Of a stretch of DNA of 64,000 nucleotides, positions 58,083 through 64,000 are shown piece after piece. The translations under genes and the position numbers were made by a program. Position 1 is the stretch's first letter, and every line of letters begins with the position of its first letter. The notes under the pieces were generated by a model. The model saw only the letters and a list, made by a program, of their open reading frames with translations, did no database searches and was not told the DNA's origin. The DNA comes from Candidatus Babelota bacterium (lineage in GTDB: Bacteria > Babelota > Babeliae > Babelales > Vermiphilaceae), in the NCBI GenBank assembly GCA_049325595.1, contig JBMOLF010000007.1, positions 47,999-111,998 of the forward strand, written 5' to 3'.

Positions 58083-58961
58083 ATGAGTTATAATAAGTTG
58101 TCTGTATTATTATTGTTGAGCATGATTTTATCATGCTTTGCTCAACAGGATGTTGCCTATTTATTTTCTCATGGATTGGGCGCGTCAGGACAGCAGGCAA
58201 AAGATTATACGATTACTCCATTTAACACCCAATGGATTATTCAAGAACCATTAGTGTATTTTGATTTCCCCGATGTAGGGGTAGATGGTTTTAAACCTGA
58301 ACATACCAGTTTAGGACAAGACAATGAAATTCAAGCATTAAAAAATGCTTATGAACAAACTATTAAGTCTGATAAAAAAGTAGTCTTAATGGGATTATCT
58401 CGGGGTGCTTCCACAGCACTTAATCTATTAGGAACTCAAAGGGTGGGACATGTTGTTGCAGGAATTTTTGAGTCACCATTTGATTCGATAGTTAAAATGC
58501 TTAAACGACGAGTAAGCCAGCATAAGTTATGGTGGATTCCGCAATTTGTGATGCACAAAGCACCAGAACTTATCTTTAAAAAATATAAATCAGATAAACT
58601 GTCACCAATAGATTGTATATCAAGAATTTCCCCAGCGTTACCATTATTATTTATCTGTTCTTTAGAAGATACTTTAATAGATGCAGAAGGCACTTGTGAT
58701 TTATATCTAACATTAAAAAAAGCGGGATATGAACATGTGTATTTGTTATTATTAAATAAAGGTGCACATGCGCAATTACTTTGGCATAATGATCGTGAAT
58801 GGTATGTTCAAGTTGTTCATGCATTTTATGAAAAGTATAACTTGCCACATGAAAAAGAATTTGCAGAAAAAGGTCGCCATCTTTTAGCGCAATGCCAACC
58901 TGATGTTACAACGGTGACAAAAGCATTACAATTAAAAAGAAGTTTTATTAACGAAAAGTAA
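58083..58961 (+). CDS. Secreted alpha/beta hydrolase
   Basis: Signal peptide; SHGLG, GLSRG nucleophile, ESPFD, CSLED acid, GAH His. Confidence 0.85.
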   Translation: MSYNKLSVLLLLSMILSCFAQQDVAYLFSHGLGASGQQAKDYTITPFNTQWIIQEPLVYFDFPDVGVDGFKPEHTSLGQDNEIQALKNAYEQTIKSDKKVVLMGLSRGASTALNLLGTQRVGHVVAGIFESPFDSIVKMLKRRVSQHKLWWIPQFVMHKAPELIFKKYKSDKLSPIDCISRISPALPLLFICSLEDTLIDAEGTCDLYLTLKKAGYEHVYLLLLNKGAHAQLLWHNDREWYVQVVHAFYEKYNLPHEKEFAEKGRHLLAQCQPDVTTVTKALQLKRSFINEK

Positions 58962-58965
58962 CTCT

Positions 58966-59865
58966 ATGCCAATAAGCAACAAGGTATTACTACTATTTAG
59001 TGTTCTTGCCGCATCTGTTCCCTGCTGGCCGCAGAGTGAATTTGTTTATTTGTTTGCTCATGGATTGCGCTCAAATTACATTCAATACCGGCAATATCTT
59101 AAACTTGAACACGCTCATGGTGCTCACCGGTTAAACAACGAGCCATATATTATTTATGAGCCGGTTGTCACCTTTAATTTTCCTGATTCGTGTGAGCAGT
59201 ACGAGGCTGCGCAAACAAGTTTTGCTCAAGATGATGAGGTTGACGCATTAGCTCATGCCTATATTCAAGCTACAGGAATTGGCAAATCAGTTATTTTATT
59301 TGGCTTGTCTCGTGGTGCCGCAGCAATTATAAATTTTGCGGGAAGATTTCACCCTGATGCAGCTTGCGCTCTTATACTTGAGTCGCCTCCTGATTGTATG
59401 AAAAATTTGATTGCAACTCATGTAAAACGCTTACATTTGCGCTATTTGCCCCATTTTTTAATAGAGACAGTACCTTCTATAATGTTTGGCAAGTATGATA
59501 AAGCAGGGTTAGCCCCAATAGATATGATTGATAAGATTGATAAAAAAATGCCTATTTTGCTTGTATGTTCATTAGATGATAGTGCTGTTTTTCCGGAAAA
59601 TACTATTAATTTATACCTTAAATTGGTTGAGACCAATTTTGAATGTGCACACTTGTTATTATTAAATCGCGGTGGGCATGCGCAATTATTGTGGGGCCCT
59701 GATGGCCATATTTATCAGGCAGTTACGCATGCATTTTATAAGCATTATGGATTGCCATATGACGAAGAACTTGCAAAAAAAGGCCAAGTTTATTTTGAAA
59801 AAACAAGGCCTACAAAAGCCATAACCGAAAATGCATTAGCTGATAAAAAAAGTTATTTGTTTTAA
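58966..59865 (+). CDS. Secreted alpha/beta hydrolase, paralog of 58083
   Basis: Signal peptide; AHGL, GLSRG, ESPPD, CSLDD, GGHAQLLW, HAFY..Y.LP. Confidence 0.85.
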   Translation: MPISNKVLLLFSVLAASVPCWPQSEFVYLFAHGLRSNYIQYRQYLKLEHAHGAHRLNNEPYIIYEPVVTFNFPDSCEQYEAAQTSFAQDDEVDALAHAYIQATGIGKSVILFGLSRGAAAIINFAGRFHPDAACALILESPPDCMKNLIATHVKRLHLRYLPHFLIETVPSIMFGKYDKAGLAPIDMIDKIDKKMPILLVCSLDDSAVFPENTINLYLKLVETNFECAHLLLLNRGGHAQLLWGPDGHIYQAVTHAFYKHYGLPYDEELAKKGQVYFEKTRPTKAITENALADKKSYLF

Positions 59866-60215
59866 ATATTTTTTTTACAACGCTCGCATAGTTTGTTGAC
59901 ATCAAGATAAATAATTTTATGAGATTCAAGATTCTTTAAAACATAGCCACTTGCTGTATGAACAAGAGGTGAAAAGACCAACGTTTCAATTCCTGTCAAA
60001 AATAGAGGAGCTGGACTAGTTTCTTGTTTAAAATAATCTCGGTTAATATAAACTGATGCTAAGAAAGTAAGAAGTATCGGGTGAGCATGTACGGTTTGTA
60101 TGGCAGCTTTTGTTATGGCACCTAAACTATGCAGAGCATTTTCAAAAGGAGTTGGTTCTTGACGTGCATTCATGACACCTGCACTTAAACTTAGTAAAAA
60201 GATAAGTTTTTTCAT
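59862..60215 (-). CDS. Small exported hypothetical protein
   Basis: Signal peptide; ATG overlaps psd TGA. Confidence 0.6.
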   Translation of the reverse strand: MKKLIFLLSLSAGVMNARQEPTPFENALHSLGAITKAAIQTVHAHPILLTFLASVYINRDYFKQETSPAPLFLTGIETLVFSPLVHTASGYVLKNLESHKIIYLDVNKLCERCKKNI

Positions 60216-61081
60216 AAGAGCATTCCTATTTTTTGACCCATTTTAATAGAGTTAAAACAATTATTAAGAAATTCTAGAGATGGCTGAAAATGATCTTTTG
60301 CAAATGCCATAACAATAGTTGAGCCACCAAAAGAAAAATAACCCAATTCAGTTCCTTTAATATGATTATTTACAGCGCTATTATATGTCATGGTAATTTT
60401 TCCTACACATAACGCACCTATCGCTACAAAAGCAACTTGTTTTGATTGAGTAGTAAAATTAATTAAAATTCGTTCATTTTCTGTTAGTGGCTGAATGCCT
60501 GCCTCATAGGCAATAGGGTGCACCGATTCATATTTGCCATTAATTCTTAGTGGCAAGGATGCCCAGCAATCAAAAGGAAAATGAAAGCGATGATAATCAT
60601 AGGGAGCTAAATAAATGATGACAATTGTCCCTCCTTCAAAAGAATCAGCAAATTCTTTATTGTTAAAAAATTTTTCAAGATTAAAGGGAACATTTTTTAC
60701 CGTAAATGTTTGATTCGAGTGGTAATTGGGTAATATAAGTAATTGCCCATCAGCCGGCGAACATACTGAGTTAGAAGATTGGTCAATTGGGCGCGTTTCG
60801 GGTTTTAACTTGCGAATAAAAAAATCATTGAAAGAACTAAAGTTGTCGGGATTGCTTTCAACTGCTTCATCCATATTAATATGATGCAAAGCAATAAATG
60901 GTTTTATATGGCGACAACTGAGTGAGCTATCAGCATACCATCCAGCTGTTTTGCTTACCAAAGGTCCAGTAAGGGAAGATCGTATTATTTGACCTAATTT
61001 GTGATGATATAAAAAATCAAGTCCTTTATTTGCCGACATACATAGAGGAATGGTTAAAACAAGAGCGATTAATTTTTTCAT
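60212..61081 (-). CDS. psd: Phosphatidylserine decarboxylase proenzyme
   Basis: FSSFNDFFIRKLKP..RPI, SPADG, YLAPYDYHRFHFP, NER, IGALCVG, FGGST cleavage motif; N-terminal signal-like peptide. Confidence 0.92.
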   Translation of the reverse strand: MKKLIALVLTIPLCMSANKGLDFLYHHKLGQIIRSSLTGPLVSKTAGWYADSSLSCRHIKPFIALHHINMDEAVESNPDNFSSFNDFFIRKLKPETRPIDQSSNSVCSPADGQLLILPNYHSNQTFTVKNVPFNLEKFFNNKEFADSFEGGTIVIIYLAPYDYHRFHFPFDCWASLPLRINGKYESVHPIAYEAGIQPLTENERILINFTTQSKQVAFVAIGALCVGKITMTYNSAVNNHIKGTELGYFSFGGSTIVMAFAKDHFQPSLEFLNNCFNSIKMGQKIGMLL

Positions 61082-61169
61082 AGTATACAACTAGCAATGA
61101 ATGGATGTTTAGATATGCTAAAAGTATACTATGAAAATATTTAGTTACCAATTTAATACGATAAAAGTT

Positions 61170-61457
61170 TTAGTCGCAATCTCCAGGACAAATTCGACGT
61201 GGATATGCTCCATAACATGGTTCAGGTTGGTAGGTAGTGCAATTTAATTCCATACGAAAACGCTGGGTATCCCAATCGTTTGCGCCTTGATCTTCCATTT
61301 CTTGTACAACATCACGTGCCTTTGCCCAATCACCAGCAGCTTTTGCTCTTCTAAATTCGTGTACTAATTCTTCAAACTCTCCCTCATTAATACGCAAAGC
61401 ACAAGCAGGAAATGCAATAAGAGTAAATAAACTAAACATTATTAATTTTAACTTCAT
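61170..61457 (-). CDS. Small secreted protein with Cys-rich tail
   Basis: Signal peptide; helical core; four Cys in the C-terminal 23 aa. Confidence 0.65.
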   Translation of the reverse strand: MKLKLIMFSLFTLIAFPACALRINEGEFEELVHEFRRAKAAGDWAKARDVVQEMEDQGANDWDTQRFRMELNCTTYQPEPCYGAYPRRICPGDCD

Positions 61458-61659
61458 GGCTTCTCTCTTTAAATTTTCAATTCAAATAAAAATACAATAA
61501 AAATGTATAAAACTTAAAAAAGCTTATAAGGCTTTTATTTTCTAATATAGAATATTTAAAGGTGATAGATCAAGGCTTTTTTGAGTGAAAAACTTTATTT
61601 TAAATAGAAAACAGAAGCCTTTTAAAAAGACTCCTGTCAGAACATTATTTATGATTTTA

Positions 61660-62841
61660 TTAATTGTTATTATTATTTTGATTTGAATTGTTTGGATGTT
61701 TAGGATTTTTCTTAAAATAAGCCGGTCTTTTTATACCCTTTTTTTCTTGTTCTTTAATTTGTAGTTTTTGTTTTTCTGTTTGTTCTGCTTTTTCTTTATA
61801 TTTTTTTAACATATTAGTGCTAATACGTTGATCCTCGGTTGGACTAGTCTTATTAACTGTTTTTTTTGGTTTAGTATAGCCTAGCATTAATTCTAATTTA
61901 TCTATTACTTCTATAAGTCCATTGGTGGGTGAGCAATCTTCTGATTTCTTTTTAAATAACAGATTAAGTTCATTAACTGCATTTTGTTGTCGATCGGTTA
62001 TTTTCAAGTAGGGAAAAGTAAATTGCAGAGTTTTGTCGCTGATTAATTCTCCATTTTTATCTAATAATAAAGTTTTTAAGAATTTACTATTACGTTTTTG
62101 AATTAAACGCGAATTGTTCGATTGTTCTATTGAGCTAATACGGTGATGCTCAGCATTTTTACGAATTTCTGAGTCAGGATTTTTTATTTCATTTCGTTGA
62201 TCTTCTGGAATATTATCTAACCTAATTAAACTGATTTTTTCAGATTTAAGTTCATACAATCCTTGTTGAATCAACAGATTTTTTCTTTGTTTTAAATGCA
62301 CTAATATCGCATGTGCTAGGAAGGTTTCTAGGTTCTGATTAATGTTTAAAAGTACTTTTTCTAATTTATTATTGACTCTCTTTATAATCTTAATTTTTAA
62401 TTTTGTCTTATTTTCTAATTCTTTAAGTGGATGAGCTTTTGCTTTTTGATCATATATGTTAAATAAAATTTTTTGTAAATTTTCAAGAAAATCACATAAA
62501 GTGTTTTTGAATGGATCAATTTTACTTTCTTCTGTTGTACAAGAAAATTGATGTGTAAAATTTAATTTATCTGCCTCACTCATTTTTTGAAATCGAGCCT
62601 TTTCCTTATTTAATGCTGTTAATGCTTCATTTGCTCGAATTCCTAATTGGACTATTTCTGGCGCCTTGGAAATATTTTTACCATCCAATTCCCAATCCTG
62701 ATGCTTTCTAATTAAAAGATGGGCTTGTAAGTCAGCAAGATCAGTTTTCAAATTGCTAGTATCTTTTTTAAATAACCAATTCATGCAAAATAAAGAATTG
62801 AATTGACCAATCAGCAGTAATGCCAAAAGAATTTGTTTCAT
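61660..62841 (-). CDS. Secreted Lys-rich coiled-coil hypothetical protein
   Basis: Start moved to MKQILL after AGAGG; signal peptide LFC-MNW; basic tail and poly-Asn end. Confidence 0.7.
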   Translation of the reverse strand: MKQILLALLLIGQFNSLFCMNWLFKKDTSNLKTDLADLQAHLLIRKHQDWELDGKNISKAPEIVQLGIRANEALTALNKEKARFQKMSEADKLNFTHQFSCTTEESKIDPFKNTLCDFLENLQKILFNIYDQKAKAHPLKELENKTKLKIKIIKRVNNKLEKVLLNINQNLETFLAHAILVHLKQRKNLLIQQGLYELKSEKISLIRLDNIPEDQRNEIKNPDSEIRKNAEHHRISSIEQSNNSRLIQKRNSKFLKTLLLDKNGELISDKTLQFTFPYLKITDRQQNAVNELNLLFKKKSEDCSPTNGLIEVIDKLELMLGYTKPKKTVNKTSPTEDQRISTNMLKKYKEKAEQTEKQKLQIKEQEKKGIKRPAYFKKNPKHPNNSNQNNNNN

Positions 62842-62922
62842 ATTGCCTCTTTCAAGCAAAATATTAAGTAAATAAATATAAATTAATTTTACCAATATTT
62901 TACATATAGACAATATGCGCTA

Positions 62923-63774
62923 TTACGAGATAACTTCCGGTGATGATTCTGCTAATTTAATATGATTTAATTTTTCTAAGATAGTTTGATTGAGCTGTAA
63001 AAATTCTTGATTATATTTTTTACCATTCAAGAATGAATTAAGGCTGTAAGCACAATTGCTTGCTGATAGTGAGGTAAGCAATCCTAAAACTGCTGCGGTA
63101 CCTTGCCAGCCATAATGAGCTTTTTCTTCTATTGTGCCCACAGTAGCTAATCCGCCTAGTCCTGTTAAAAATGCCCATCCGGTGATTTTAGCTATTGATT
63201 TTGCAGTAGTTGATTGATATTTAAGTGATTCTTTTTTTAAATCGTTAATGCGGTTTTGTGCTCGTAATTTAAGAGCATCAAGAATAGTTTTGCGGTCAGG
63301 ATATTCATCATGATAATTATTAAGCTGGATTTCAAAAGTAGTGAAAATAATTTCTACTCTTTTTTTATGTTGGTTTAGATAAAGCCAATTTGTGTTATCA
63401 ATAATGCAGCATAATTCTTGCCATGGGCGCGAAGTGGGCATTTGCTGATCTTGAATGCTAAATGTCCAATAAAATGGATTAGCAATTAATGCGCTCCGAG
63501 CAAGTGTTTGTGATAAAAGTTCTTCTGGTTCAATCGTGCGTGCATATTCATTAATGCAACAAAAAGCATCTTTAGTCGCGCGAGTAATAAGATTTTTGGT
63601 GGTAATTGTCCATTGAGCAAGGCAAGTTCCCATTTTTTTACCATATTGTTGCATAATGGCGGTAGCTTTTTGCAAATCATAATTGCCAAATTGTGGCGTG
63701 CTTGTTACGAATGATGGTATTAAGCTAATAACGATCATCGGCACCATTAACAGGAAATTTTTTTTCATTAGCAA
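62923..63774 (-). CDS. Secreted protein with C-terminal hydrophobic hairpin
   Basis: Signal peptide; helical body; two Gly/Ala-rich hydrophobic segments separated by IEEKAHYGWQ. Confidence 0.7.
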   Translation of the reverse strand: MLMKKNFLLMVPMIVISLIPSFVTSTPQFGNYDLQKATAIMQQYGKKMGTCLAQWTITTKNLITRATKDAFCCINEYARTIEPEELLSQTLARSALIANPFYWTFSIQDQQMPTSRPWQELCCIIDNTNWLYLNQHKKRVEIIFTTFEIQLNNYHDEYPDRKTILDALKLRAQNRINDLKKESLKYQSTTAKSIAKITGWAFLTGLGGLATVGTIEEKAHYGWQGTAAVLGLLTSLSASNCAYSLNSFLNGKKYNQEFLQLNQTILEKLNHIKLAESSPEVIS

Positions 63775-63875
63775 TCCTCTACATGCACTGACTGTTTGTG
63801 AAAAAATCTCTCATAGTGCAAAGGTATTTTGCAAGAGATTCATAGTACGAATGACTTAAGATTGTGCTTGTAATA

Positions 63876-64000
63876 GGTTCTGTGAACAAATTTTATCTGA
63901 CCCATATTAAAGTTCCAACAAAATGAAGAAATGATAAATAAGATTGAGCAGATTTATCAAATCTGGAGAAAATTCTACGAAAATGCTTGATTTTGCCAAA
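63876..64000 (-). mobile_element. Right end of an IS5-family insertion sequence (IS427-like), partial
   Basis: Transposase C-terminus followed by a likely terminal IR GGTTCTGTGAACAAA (63876-63890), flanked by TA. Confidence 0.75.
63893..64000 (-). CDS. IS5-family transposase, C-terminal 35 aa
   Basis: Reverse strand FGKIKHFRRIFSRFDKSAQSYLSFLHFVGTLIWVR* matches the IS5 motif F.KLK.FRRI.TR.DK....F......IW. Confidence 0.85.
   Translation of the reverse strand, partial: FGKIKHFRRIFSRFDKSAQSYLSFLHFVGTLIWVR

Overview
An AT-rich bacterial chromosome segment. It mixes housekeeping genes (ruvX/yqgF fragment, murE, hppA, polA, rpmA, secF, rho, tsaD, smpB, ssrA, prs, pth, alaS, tkt, pgi-zwf-gnd, psd) with many short-signal-peptide orphan and ankyrin proteins. 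This mix suggests an intracellular parasite of protists such as Dependentiae/TM6 (Babeliales); that is an inference, not a database result. Main points of interest: (1) a minimal GIY-YIG nuclease flanked by five related imperfect hairpins (CTTCG..CTACG / CGTAG..C[G/A]TAG) in inverted pairs, starting on the CCA end of tmRNA, a candidate REP-like selfish element without a tyrosine transposase; (2) an oxidative pentose-phosphate operon with no pgl but a cyclase-family metallohydrolase in its place; (3) five secreted Gly/Tyr/His/Arg-Pro low-complexity proteins in tandem; (4) four paralogous lipoproteins with hydrophobic hairpins, plus a 45-aa mini-lipoprotein missed by the ORF track; (5) putative effectors with eukaryotic-type motifs (CaaX box, SV40-like NLS, BC-box-like motif) and a recurrent Met right after the signal-peptide cleavage site; (6) the right end of an IS5-family element at the window edge. 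No CRISPR array, rRNA or tRNA was seen. All family assignments come from motif recognition by eye.
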